A stretch of DNA of 64,000 bases from Antedon mediterranea (lineage: Eukaryota > Animalia > Echinodermata). The position numbers and the translations under genes were made by a program. The notes under the pieces are model-generated. The model was not told where the DNA came from. It did no database searches and saw nothing but the letters and a program-made list of their open reading frames with translations. The number at the start of each line of letters is the position of its first letter. Position 1 is the first letter of the stretch. Shown here one piece after another: positions 25,201 through 36,575 of this stretch. The stretch spans positions 12,843,045-12,907,044 of the forward strand of contig NC_092680.1 in assembly GCF_964355755.1 (NCBI RefSeq), given 5' to 3'.

Positions 25201-28200
25201 TGCCTCTAAAAAGAAAGGTTTGTACATTTATATTACCAACAAATTAGTCTCAACCCTAACGCTTAAAGCTCTACACTATCTAACTATGTGACAAAAAAAT
25301 GTAATAAGCCCATATATGGACATGAAGATATCACTACCATATTTGGGCACATTAAACTAGTTTGATAGTGTAGACAAAGCTAGGGTCAGTCACAATTGCA
25401 AGAGTATTTGAGTGCAAGTGTACTCAGTTTGTGGTAAAATCTACTTGACTACATTTTTTCGTCACCCTCGCTTTTTCTAAATTTACTTACAGCTACGCTC
25501 GTTGAAGCTTCTGGTTCCGATACAGACGACGAGGCAGGCATGCCCGTATTAGGTAAACATTTAGTGTTTAATAAAGTGTAGTTTCTGTTTTGTTTTATTT
25601 GACACAACATATTATATATACATTTGTAATGATTTCAATAAGCCACAATGGCTTTAAGTCTGAACGTCCAGATAAAACAAACAATAAATATTGTGATGAC
25701 TGAAATAAAAAGTATATGAATATAAGTTTATATAACATAAATTAAAGAATGTGTTATTCTGTATCTATTTTGTGCCTAGCTTACCTGAATAAACTGACAA
25801 TAGCCCTTTCTCCTCGAAGAGCGAGATATAACTCAAAAAGTAGAAATTTTCATTTGAACACCCCACTCGACAAATGGTATAGTCCAATCCATGAACTATG
25901 CCCTCATGTGGGAGCCTCCCCACAAACCACATCAATTCGAGACATGAGAGAGTAAACATATCTTCAAGAGAGCTTGTACAGTGGTTTGCTGTTGCTTTAC
26001 TTTTTCTTGGTTACTAGAGATTCATTGAACTTTGACATGGCAATAAAATGTTTATTCAGTAGTATTAAAGCTATGTTTGTGTTTAGACAGCAGCAAGTGT
26101 GTTCCTGACAGCCAGCCGATATTGAATATCAGCTCTATTCACAATTCACCATTTTGCTCATTACATTTGAGTAAAATCGATGAAACAATCAATTCAGAAG
26201 GTACAGTACGTTGATTTGAACTCATTCTGTGCAATAAATACAAGCCAAATGGAAACTTAATTCTTCTGTGGTATGGATTAATTTGATCATCCTTAATCTA
26301 GGGTTTGTTTTATTTATATGTTTATAGATTTATAGAACAACAATCGTATTACAAATACTGTATATTAAGTTTCATCTTGGCAATTTTATTTAACTTTAGA
26401 TTTTTTATTTAACCTTTTTATAGAGGGTGACCCTAAACAGCGTATGCTGACAATCAAGGGGCCCTCTTGAGTTATCATAACTGACTGTGTGACAGTGGCT
26501 GTGTGTATACTAGTACACCGGTGGTAACCCCCCCCCCCCCCCCCTACTCATCTCGAAAATGTACTAGTTAGGTTCTTGTACATGAGCTAGAAGTGTAGTC
26601 TGGACCTTCAGTTTATAGTCCTTATCTGAGAAGATGATGTTATGGCAGGTATTAAGGTATTAAAAGAAAATGAAATGCTTTTCTTTTCCCAGCTGATGAT
26701 ACAGAAACACAAATGTACGATGATCACAATAAAAATGAGGCCTGCATCAGTGAAGCTAAAACTTTAAAATACAGTGATACTGGAATTGACGATACTGAAA
26801 ACGTTGAGCCTACCCAAACTTACTCAATAACTGAAGCAGCCACTCAAAAAGAAACAGATAAAGACATAGCTACTGTAGCAGATGAAGCAGCCACTCAGAG
26901 GTATGGAGATGAAGAGACTGATGAAGAGGGAGAAGTGAAAGGCCTAGCTACAGCACTAACCCAGGCTTATGCGTCTAAAGCGGCCACTCAGAGGTATGGT
27001 GATGTTGAAGAGACTGATGAAGAGGTGGACTTGGCAGGCCTAGCTACAGCACCAACCCAGGCTTATGTGGCTGAAGCAGCCACTCAGAGGTATGATGATG
27101 AAGAGACTGATGAAGAGGGAGAAGTGAAAGGCCTAGCTACAGCAGCCACCCAGGCTTATGCGTCTGAAGCAGCCACGCAGAGGTACGGTGATGTTGAAGA
27201 GACTGATGAAGAGGGAGACTTGGCAGGCCTAGCTACAGCAGCCACCCAGGCTTATGCAGATGAAGCAGCCACGCAAAGGTATGGTGATGTTGAAGAGGCC
27301 GATGAAGAGGAAGACGTGAAAGGCCTAGCTATAGCAGCCACCCAGGCTTATGCGGCTGAAGCAGCCACTCAGAGGTATGGTGATGTTGAAGAGACTAATG
27401 AAGAGGAAGAAGCGGAAGGCCTAACTACAGCAGCCACCCAGGCTTATGCAGATGAAGCAGCCACTCAGAGGTATGCGGATGAAACTGATGAAAAAGCAGA
27501 CCGAGAAGATAATCCCACCTTGGCTAATGACACAACTCGAGAAGATAATGATGTTGCTCCAACACTGGCTTATGACACAACTCAAGAAGATAATGATGTT
27601 GCTCCGACACTGGCTTATGACACAACTCAAGAAGATAATGATGTTGCTCCGACACTGGCTTATGACACAACTCAGGAAGATAATGATGTTGCTCCGACAC
27701 TGGCTTATGACACAACTCAAGAAGATAATGATGTTGCTCCGACCTTTGCTCATGATGATGATGATGATGCTGCTGTGAGTCACGGCGATAAAATATCAAA
27801 AACACATGAAGTGGCGGAAACACAGGTTTTTGGTAAGGGTGATGAAGTGGCAGAAACACAGGTTTTTGGTAAAGATGATGAAGTGGCTGAAACACGGGTT
27901 TTTGGTAAAGATGATGAAGTGGCTGAAACACAGGTTTTTGGTAAAGATGATGAAGTGGTGGAAACACAGGTTTTTGGTAAAGATGATAAAGTGGCAGAAA
28001 CACAGGTTTTTGGTAAAGATGATGAAGTGGCGGAAACACAGGTTTTAGGTAAAGATGATAAAGTGGCGGAAACACAGGTTTTTGGTAAAGATGATGAAGT
28101 GGCAGAAACACAGGTTTTTGGTAAAGATGAAAACACTAATAGTACAGAAGTCATTGCAACTGGTGAGACGGTATGTACTAGTTTTATGCACTAAATCATT

Positions 28201-31200
28201 AAGACAATACTGAAGATAGATATAGATTCTATACTAGCTCTTGTTGGTTAGGAAGTTAGTTTAGTTTACAGTCTCTATTTCTGTTAACATACACAGTTAA
28301 TAATTAAGTTAATTATAGTTGTTGTTACTGTCAACTTTACCAATTATTTAATTAACAGCAAGTTCCAGACAGCCAAGACACTATGGAAGCAGAGATAGAA
28401 TCTCTACTTTTTAAAGTTCCTGGTAAATCAGCACTAGCAAGTCCACACAAGAAAGACCATCAAAGAAGGACTGTAGAATTTGCTGTAAGCCGGCTTATTG
28501 TTTCAATTACTATCTATTTTAAGAATATTTTATGAGATTGTTCCATCTATCCAAAGCTGATCATTAGGGTCCCTCAGAACATACTATTCATATTTATCAA
28601 TATTAAATTTACATATAATAGAAATCCTTGAAAAGGATTTAAAATTTATTTGGCCATCTGAGAGATGGGAGAGATATTTGAAGAGTATGTCGGACATCTA
28701 AAGGAAGAAAATTATAGAAAGATGGAGTCAAAGAGTGGAGTTAAAAAGTAGGTCAATATCTTATTATTATGATTTTTCATTGCTTGTTTGCTTTATTTTC
28801 CAGGTTCCTCCAAAGTCCTCTGTCAGTAGAAAATCCAAAAGAAAAGTACAGATTGAAGAGGAGGATTGTGGAACAACAGAAAACAAACAAATAACGGTAC
28901 TTTTTTCCCTCTTCACTTGTTTTGAATGTTAGTGAATACAAAATAAAAAATCATGAATAATACCACCAAACTTGCGAGTTAGGATGACTATAACGAGGCA
29001 TTTAATAAAAAGGCAAATTGCCTTAAAATGTAAATGTGACATTCTCATCATCAGAACAGTAAACAACGCCTAGAGTGCTTATATACCAATAGGACATATT
29101 GTATGAGGCAATTTGCCTTTTTATTAAATGCCTCGTTATAGTTATCCTAAAATAAAAAATATTTCAATATTTTGTGTATATGATGTTTTCATTTATCTTC
29201 TTCAGGTTCCAGCAAAGTCCTCAGCCAGGAGTAAAAAACAAAAAGTTCCACAGATTGCAGAAGAACAGAGGGAAACACCAGAAAACGAACAAGTAATGAT
29301 ACTTACTTTGTTTGTTTAACTTAAACATGTTACTTTGTGTTCAAGACTCAACATGTTATTCTGAATAATGGTAATTCATGTGTATTTTTTATATTTTCCA
29401 GGTTCCTCCAAGGTCCTCTGCTAGGAAATCCAAAAGAAAAGTTCCACAAATTGCAGAAGAACAAAGTGAAACACCAGAAAACAAACAAGTAATGACAATT
29501 CCTCCAAGGTCCTCTGCCAGGAAGTCAAAACGAAAAGCACAGATTGAAGAAGAAGAAGATGAAAAAGAAGAAGAAAGGGAAACAACAGAAAACAAACCAG
29601 TAAGGATCTTTACTTTGTTTGGTTAACTTAAACATGATACTTTGTGTTCAAGACTCAACATCTTATTCTGAATAATGGTAATTCATGTGTTTTTTAAATA
29701 TTTTCCAGGTTCCTCCAAGGTCCTCCGCCTGGAAGTCAAAACGAAAAGCACAGATTGAAGAAGAAGAAGATGAGAAAGAAGAAGATAAAAAAGTAGAAGA
29801 AGAAGAACAAAGTGAAACAACAGAAAACAATCAAGTAATGATACTTACTTTGTTTGTTTAACTTTAACATGATTCTTTGTGTTCAAGACTCAACATCTTA
29901 TTCTTAATAATGGTATTTCATGTATTTTTTTTTTATATTTTCCAGGTTCCTCCAAGGTCCTCTGCCAGGAAATCCAAAAGAAAATTTCCACAGTTTGCAG
30001 AAGAACAAAGTGAAACACTAGAAAACAAACAAGTAATGATACTTTATATTTTTAACTTAAACATGATACTTTGTGTTCAAGACTCGACATCTTATTCTGA
30101 ATAATGGTATTTCATGTGTTTTTTTTAAATATTTTCCAGGTTCCTCCAAGGTCTTCTGCCAGGAAGTCAAAACGCAAAGCACAGATTGAAGAAGAAGAAG
30201 AAAGTGAAACACCAGAAAACAAACAAGTAATGATATTTACTTTGTTTGTTTAACTTAAATAAACATGATACTTTTTGTGTTCAAGACTCAACATCTTATT
30301 CTGAATAATGGTATTTCATGTTTTTTTTTTATATATTTTTTAGGTTCCTCCAAGGTCTTCTGCCAGGAAGTCAAAACGAAAAGCACAGATTGAAGAAGAA
30401 GAAGAAAGTGAAACACCAGAAAAAAAACAAATAACGGTATTTACTTTTTTGTATATATAGAGTTTTGTATACAAAGTTTGGAAAACAATTTTTTCCAGCT
30501 TTGATGTACAGTTTATTGAAAATGACCAAGAGAAGGTTGAATCTAAATTATCATACTTTTTTTTATTAATGATGACATGTTCATATTTTTTTAATTTTTG
30601 ATAATACAGGTTTCTTTTTTTATATTTCAAAGACCCCAAAGAAATCTAGAAGTACAGTACCTGATGAGATGCCCTACACTCCATCATTACGCCGCAACAG
30701 AACCAGCGTTTGTCCACCAAAGATCATGTTTACGGGTGTGGTTGATGAGGCCTGGGAAAAAGTAAATTGCTATTCATTTCTTAGTTTGCTTTTTCAGCTT
30801 TGTTGGTTTTACTGAATAAGAAACACTGTACATGTATAGAGTAATCTACATTTGTACTTCATCTATACTATACTTACTACTTACTTTATTGCCGGTCCGC
30901 CAGATAGTCTGATGACTTTCCCACCTTGGCTGCTTTGCTTATATCTCGGATTGCTTTTCTCCAGTCCTGTCTGTTTTCTGCTATTCTCTGAATCGTTTCT
31001 ATACTATAATGCCCAGTTATGAAAAAATAGTAACTATGCATATATTGTTCTATTGTAACCTGCTTTATTTTAGTTATTTGTTTATTTATACCAACATTTT
31101 AAAATGAGTATGACATTTGTTTTTTAGATTGTAAAGGATGTAGGCGGTGTTAGTGCCACCTCAATTGAAGACTGTACGCACCTAATAACAGACAAGGTAA

Positions 31201-33419
31201 TTTAAAAAAATATAAACATGCATTTCTAATGAATTAAAACATTATAAAAATAGATTTGGTAAAAACTGATTAACTGGAAACATGATGCAAATTCTGCTTA
31301 TCAGTTAACAGTGTGTATGTGTTGAGCATTATTGTAAAGCTTTGTCTACACTATCAAACCTTATGTGACAAAACAATGTTATGTGCCTATATTTGGACAC
31401 AATGTCATATCACTACCATATTTGGGCAGTTTGATAGTGTAGAGATTAATACAAAGAATACACACATTATAGAATGAAAACATGCATAGTCTTGGTCAAT
31501 CCGGTTCTCAAACTGAATCCATACATTTTGTGTACACATTGACAGTTAGATAATCTGTGGGGCTTTCTAGCACAATTCTCGTAGTCTGTATATCTGAGAT
31601 TGTTTGATTGTTGGTGCAATTTTGATATATTATTTTGAATATTTCTAGATGCGTCGTACTGTTAAGTTTTTGTGTGGCCTTGCCAAGGGTGCGTACATCC
31701 TTAGCCCAAACTGGCTTGAGGAGTCAAAACGAATGAAAAACTTTGTCAGTAAGTATCTATATATTGTTTTATTTCAACAATGATTGGCTTGGTGGTTATG
31801 ATGCTTGGCTACCAATTCAAGGGTACTGGGTTCAAGTCCTGTCAGTGTCATATTTTTTGTTAATGACAAATTACAACTCCACTCCCAAAGACTTTTAATA
31901 AGACTTTTTTTTATGTAGAGCATCTTGTGTATATGTTTGTCTTGTGAACGGGATTGCCACCTTTAAAAAGGATAGTGAATCCTTGGCAATTTTCCAAAAT
32001 ATACAACAACAAAAACAAAACAAAATTATCATAATTAAATTTAATCTACAACAGATCCTGACCGTTTCATAGTAAAAGATGATACATCTGAAAAAAGATA
32101 CGGTTTTAACTTGAAAGAATCCATGAAAAAGGCATTAAATAAAAGGCTGTTTGATGAGTTAAAGATCTACGTAACGCCAAACGTTAAACCTGACAAGATG
32201 CAGATGAAAGACATCATCAAATGTGCTGGTGGCCAGGTATGATTACCATTAACACAATTGTTATATTCATATGGCAGTATAGTTTTTCCATTGAGTACTT
32301 ATTTAACAGTTGAGCGTCGGAATTGTTCTTCACGAAAAAGCTTGCGTTGTCAATGTTTTCTATTCAAATAACTTTCTGCTGAGCACAATCCGTTTAAAAT
32401 TGACCATTTGGACATAAAAAAATAAAATATACAAGGAAACTTTGTTGACAACGAAACTTCCCAATCGAATACGACAAATATAGTTATTTATTTAGCAGTT
32501 GCATGGATCTTACCCAACCCCCCCCCCCCCCCCCCCCCCAAAAAGACCCTTTGCAAAAAATGTCAAAAGTGGAAGATGCACAAACCTAAAAAAAACTTTT
32601 ATTGATTACTAGCTAGCATTATGGGAGTATGTTTCCATTCGTGTTTGATCCAAAAAAATGACCGGGGTAATAATGCTATGTAAAGCGCCTTTGAGCATGA
32701 TTACTCATGAAAAGGGCGCTATATAAATATGATATTATTATTATTATTACATTGTATTTTAATAACGTGAGGCTAAATACATTGGCCATTGTCCCACCTC
32801 ATTGCATGGAATTTAGTTAGTGACACAACAGTAAATCCTATATGTTGGTTGACATCCTTTGCCATTTTCATAAAGTTTGCATCAAGAATGCCAGCGAAAT
32901 ATGATGAAAAAGTAGTTGTTGTAGCCTGCGAGGAAGACGAAACAAAGTGCAGTAGCGCCCTCAAGGCTGGAATTCCTGTCGTTGAGGCGGAGTTCATACT
33001 CACTGGCGTCTTACGGCAGGAAGTTGACATTGAACAGTATCCTTTTATATTATGTGACAAAATAATGTGATGTGCCCATATATGGACATGATGATGTCAT
33101 ATCACTACCATATTTGGGCATATCACTACCATATTTGGGCACATCACTACCATATTTATTTTTATTTATTTTATTTGGGCACATCACACTTTTTTTGTCA
33201 AACTAGTTTGATAGTGTAGACAGAGCTTTAAGTTTATAGTTTATCTATGCCTGTGAATTAATAAATGATACAAAAATGATGAAAAATTAATAACAATTAG
33301 TGTAAAAAGCTAGTGATTAAGTGCAAATGCGTCGAACCTTCTTTAACCTATCAATCAGATATCGTTTATTTACAAGTACATCACATAACAAGCCAACGAC
33401 TAGTAAGAAAAGGAAATAG
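22280..33419 (+). CDS. MDC1: Mediator of DNA damage checkpoint protein 1 (~1254 aa if all exons are used)
   Basis: 21 coding exons: 22280-22363, 23917-24225 (FHA: GR...S-KEH...SRNKT), 24566-24637, 25169-25217, 25493-25552 (SDTDDE), 26087-26200, 26693-28170 (TQ repeats), 28359-28484, 28804-28896, 29206-29292, 29402-29599, 29709-29834, 29946-30032, 30140-30226, 30344-30436, 30633-30761, 31128-31196, 31649-31748, 32055-32236, 32876-33036, 33359-33419. N-terminus MDFDLTQAI. Tandem BRCT PKIMFTGVVD...THLITDKMRRTVKFLCGL...EFILTGVLRQE. Confidence 0.93.
22387..23420. repeat. 30-bp minisatellite (~31 near-identical units) in an MDC1 intron
   Basis: Unit gtagcaatgtctgtatctatgcctatgtgt, with degenerate gtagccatgcct... 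subunits at both edges. Confidence 0.97.
26400..26640 (-). mobile_element. SINE fragment (MetaSINE-like core)
   Basis: The minus strand reads tcttctcagataaggactataaactgaaggtc, resembling the Meta domain. The 3' part tatagagggtgaccctaaacagcgtatgctgacaatcaaggggccc is shared with 60515-60640. Confidence 0.5.
28979..29149. mobile_element. Penelope pLTR-derived mini-element with inverted arms
   Basis: ~45-bp inverted arms (ttaggatgactataacgaggcatttaataaaaaggcaaattgcct and its complement). The core is the reverse complement of 10322-10430 with the hammerhead stem II/GAAA deleted. Confidence 0.7.
30869..31000 (-). mobile_element. RTE-like LINE 3' fragment
   Basis: The minus strand encodes IQRIAENRQDWRKAI..., followed by an (AAGT)n-type tail. 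Confidence 0.55.
31785..32022 (+). mobile_element. tRNA-derived SINE
   Basis: A box tggcttggtgg and B box ggttcaagtcc, with a (CAA/CAAAA)n tail. The 3' body is shared with 6522-6655 and, inverted, with 60000-60245. Confidence 0.65.
33037..33358 (+). other. U12-type (minor spliceosome) GT-AG intron, last intron of MDC1
   Basis: 5' site GTATCCTTT; branch-like TTCTTTAAC (33339-33347) ending ~11 nt before the intron end; no polypyrimidine tract; splicing keeps the frame (EQ|YRLF...KKRK*). Confidence 0.85.
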
Positions 33420-33558
33420 TTAAGATAAGATAAATAGAACCAATGCACAAAACACTGATGAAACATACAGTATTTGTATAGAAATGTATAGAAAGGTGTA
33501 AGATATATGTATAATATATGTGCCTGTGATGTTTATATATATATATATACAATAAAAG

Positions 33559-33757
33559 CCCCAGTGGTCTAATGGTTAGGACATCTGCATATCAAGCAGG
33601 AGGTTCTGGGTTCGAATCTTGGTTGGGGAAACTTTTTCTCATTTTCACAGACTTCGTCATCTTTATCATTTTAAATTAATTAATTAAATTTCAGTATATC
33701 ACCGGGTGGTTTAAAATTCATGTTCTGTGCCTGATTTTTATATATATATATATATAA
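33559..33757 (+). mobile_element. tRNA-derived SINE or tRNA pseudogene
   Basis: GCCCCAGTGGTCTAATGGTTAGGAC...GGTTCGAATC...GGGG head with imperfect stems, lying between (TA)n runs. Confidence 0.6.
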
Positions 33758-33801
33758 AAACAAGATCAAATAAGTTAAAACTGCCTCAATATAGATTTAT
33801 T

Positions 33802-33840
33802 TTAACGACATGTTTCGGGCATAGCCCATCATCAGGTGAA
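33802..33840 (-). ncRNA. Minimal type I hammerhead ribozyme motif (Penelope pLTR type)
   Basis: Minus strand: ttcac-CTGATGA-t-GGGC-tat-GCCC-GAAA-CATG-TC-gttaa. Conserved core, perfect stem II, palindromic ACATGT stem III, stem I with one mismatch. Confidence 0.7.
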
Positions 33841-35354
33841 AAGAATTGTAACAAAGGATAACATATATAAGTCACAAAATTACATAATAAAACAAATCAA
33901 CATGCGTTTTTAAACTAATAGAAAAATCTAGAAAACTTTCTATACTGGCGGTGTTAATGGAATGTTGACTCGACGTCTATAGTAGTAGGAAACCTTGCAA
34001 TACGTTTGTACCTCAAGTAGAAGAACTCCATGAAACTATGTAAAAATAAGATAAAAATTTACAGTGAAGTTTAAATACAGCTGGACAAGTTAGTTGAAAC
34101 GGGGTGAATCCAGGTTTTTTAACTCTAACATTATACTGTAATGTGAATATTCTGTAAAAAAAGAGTTCATAATTTCAGTTTTGTCAAATGGGGCCAGGAG
34201 CACACCCCCAAATGCTTCCCCCCTGCTGAAATTAAGTTGGTTTGCAAAGAACTTTAAAGTTCTTTTCAACTACAGTAGTTGTATGGTACACACAGCCCTT
34301 TAGAACAAGTCAGACAGCTAATGACAATCACAACCTATTGTTTTAGATTCTTATAATATTTAAAATCCATCTAAAAATGTGCATTACACGACGGCAACAT
34401 TATTACCTTTTAAACTGATTCACAATGTTTTGTAAAGTGATTTTATATTAAATATAAATATACAATAACATTTATTACTTATCTTGTTTACATTATTGTT
34501 ATGTTTTTTGCAACCTTGATTCTGTTCATGGAACCAAACTCAACCAAGACCATTGTTGTCATTTTAATTGTCCTTTATTTACTTCATTTTAAAGAGGCAC
34601 TTTTATGTGATTGATCGATTTATTTAACAATTGGTGATAGTCACTTTGTCACTTAGATCCGTGTTATCAGTATGTCAACGAAGTCGTCTAAGTCTATATG
34701 CATTGTGTCTGGTGGTATCTGCTAAAATGCGAAACTTTAAACTTCATAATTAGGCATACATTATTTTTACACCGTTTCGTTTTGATAGTCAGAGCATGGA
34801 CATATAAATTAGTTATAGGTCCATGGTCGGAGTAGTATTTGTTTTGACGAATACGTTATACTATAAATACATTGTCATTTAAAAATCTTTGGTCAGAAAA
34901 AAAATCGTTTAGATCTGCAAAAGAAATGTACATATCAAAATTAATTTTATTTTTGCCTATAGCACATAATAGGATTTGTTTTTTCTTATGTTGTACAACA
35001 CACAAATATGCGTTCTAAAATCATTTAAATTGAACCGTAATCGCTGGACCGTATCGACTCTTAGTCAGTGCTGTATGTAAACACTAAGCAATTAATCTCT
35101 GTATACTTTAACATATTACCATCACAATGGAATGGAACCTGAATGATGGATACGGTATACAGACAGCTTGACAATTGAAAGCATAAAGCGAACAAAAGAA
35201 CTACCTAGTGTGGGGGATGTGCACTGGACCATTTTCAAACCACATCATCGAAATAGTTTTTGAATCAACATTATCTGTGGATCTTGGAATAATTTGAGAA
35301 CCATGCCATTTAGTTGCCATTTAGTTGTAATATAGTTGATTGTAAGTACCATGG

Positions 35355-36575
35355 ATGAATACCCCCATGGATGGCTCGGAAGATCTGGCGTCTTTGCCAG
35401 CTGGAGTTAACCAGACTCGAAATGCATCAAATGTTGAACATCCGAAAATAAGGAAGAAGAAGGTTTCGTTTGATTTGGATATCCAAGTTCGGACAATACC
35501 TAATAGAATACCCGTATATGAACGTCAACCGGCCGTGTATGTGACGAGAACCGGTCACCATCCGCTAGCGTTCGTGCCAAGACCGCTACAGTTCCACAGT
35601 AAACACAGACAATTCTTAGGGAATGCTACGTCGAAACATATCGTAGGCTTATTCACGAACAGTTCGTTCTCTACGCCAGTATTCCAATCTGGTACTGGAG
35701 CTAGAGGGAATTTTATTCGGCCACACAACAAATCTATGCCGCAATATTTTAACTATGCTGCTAAGAATATGTACTCGTTATCCAGCTTACGGCAGTCGGG
35801 GAAGAGGAGTCGTGCTGCGGCTAATTTTAAACAGATTACTGCAGCATTAGGAGACAAGATTGATGAAAATGCTGAAAAACAACATAAAGATGGACGAGCT
35901 CGTCGGATACGCAGTGCGGATTCACTTCCAAAAGTTTCGACAACCCATAATAATGGCGATTCGAGTGCTGATGTTTCAAACAGTCATGCAAGAAGCAGCA
36001 CAAGACTGTCTCATTCTGCTCCGACTTCACAGTACCAGCAACGGTCACCCAGTAGTCAACTGAAGTCATCAAACACACAGAGGAATCCAGCATCTGATGC
36101 AAAAGGAACATGCCATACAAAAGAACACAATCAATCCATACTTAAGATGAGAACGATTAGTTTAAATGATTCAACTAATTTCAATCAACATTCTGAACTT
36201 GTTCCTAACCCTCCTAAGCCAAAACTGGATTATACACGTAAAGTATTTCGACAACAAATGAACCCACCTGTGTCATATCGTGTAAGTCGCTCTGTTTTAA
36301 AAGAACATGCTGAAAATTTGTCATCATCCCAAGGTGCGCCAATTGAAACGTACGTTATTCCGGACACTGTTTGTAAGAATAATATTAATACTAAAAACAG
36401 GTTACTTATTAATCCAAATGAACGACCTGCAATAGCCTGGGCTACGTCAGCTGATATCCATGTGCAAGCACCCGTTTTAGATGTATCGGTGTTGCGTTCG
36501 AGTCCTGTTGGACATTCCGGAGTAAACTATGTGCAAATGCGTAACCGACCAACTACGTTCTCTTCTAAAACATAA
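35355..36575 (+). CDS. Uncharacterised 406-aa basic, Ser/Asn-rich protein with an RVxF (KKVSF) motif
   Basis: Non-repetitive 1.2-kb open frame with higher GC than its flanks, ATG start, and AATAAA at ~36722 and ~36778. No recognisable domain. Confidence 0.65.
   Translation: MNTPMDGSEDLASLPAGVNQTRNASNVEHPKIRKKKVSFDLDIQVRTIPNRIPVYERQPAVYVTRTGHHPLAFVPRPLQFHSKHRQFLGNATSKHIVGLFTNSSFSTPVFQSGTGARGNFIRPHNKSMPQYFNYAAKNMYSLSSLRQSGKRSRAAANFKQITAALGDKIDENAEKQHKDGRARRIRSADSLPKVSTTHNNGDSSADVSNSHARSSTRLSHSAPTSQYQQRSPSSQLKSSNTQRNPASDAKGTCHTKEHNQSILKMRTISLNDSTNFNQHSELVPNPPKPKLDYTRKVFRQQMNPPVSYRVSRSVLKEHAENLSSSQGAPIETYVIPDTVCKNNINTKNRLLINPNERPAIAWATSADIHVQAPVLDVSVLRSSPVGHSGVNYVQMRNRPTTFSSKT

Noticed and set aside
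33559-33630. Functional tRNA-Asp(ATC)
   Set aside because: Mismatched first acceptor pair, G-U-rich T stem, atypical anticodon loop and a SINE-like downstream body.
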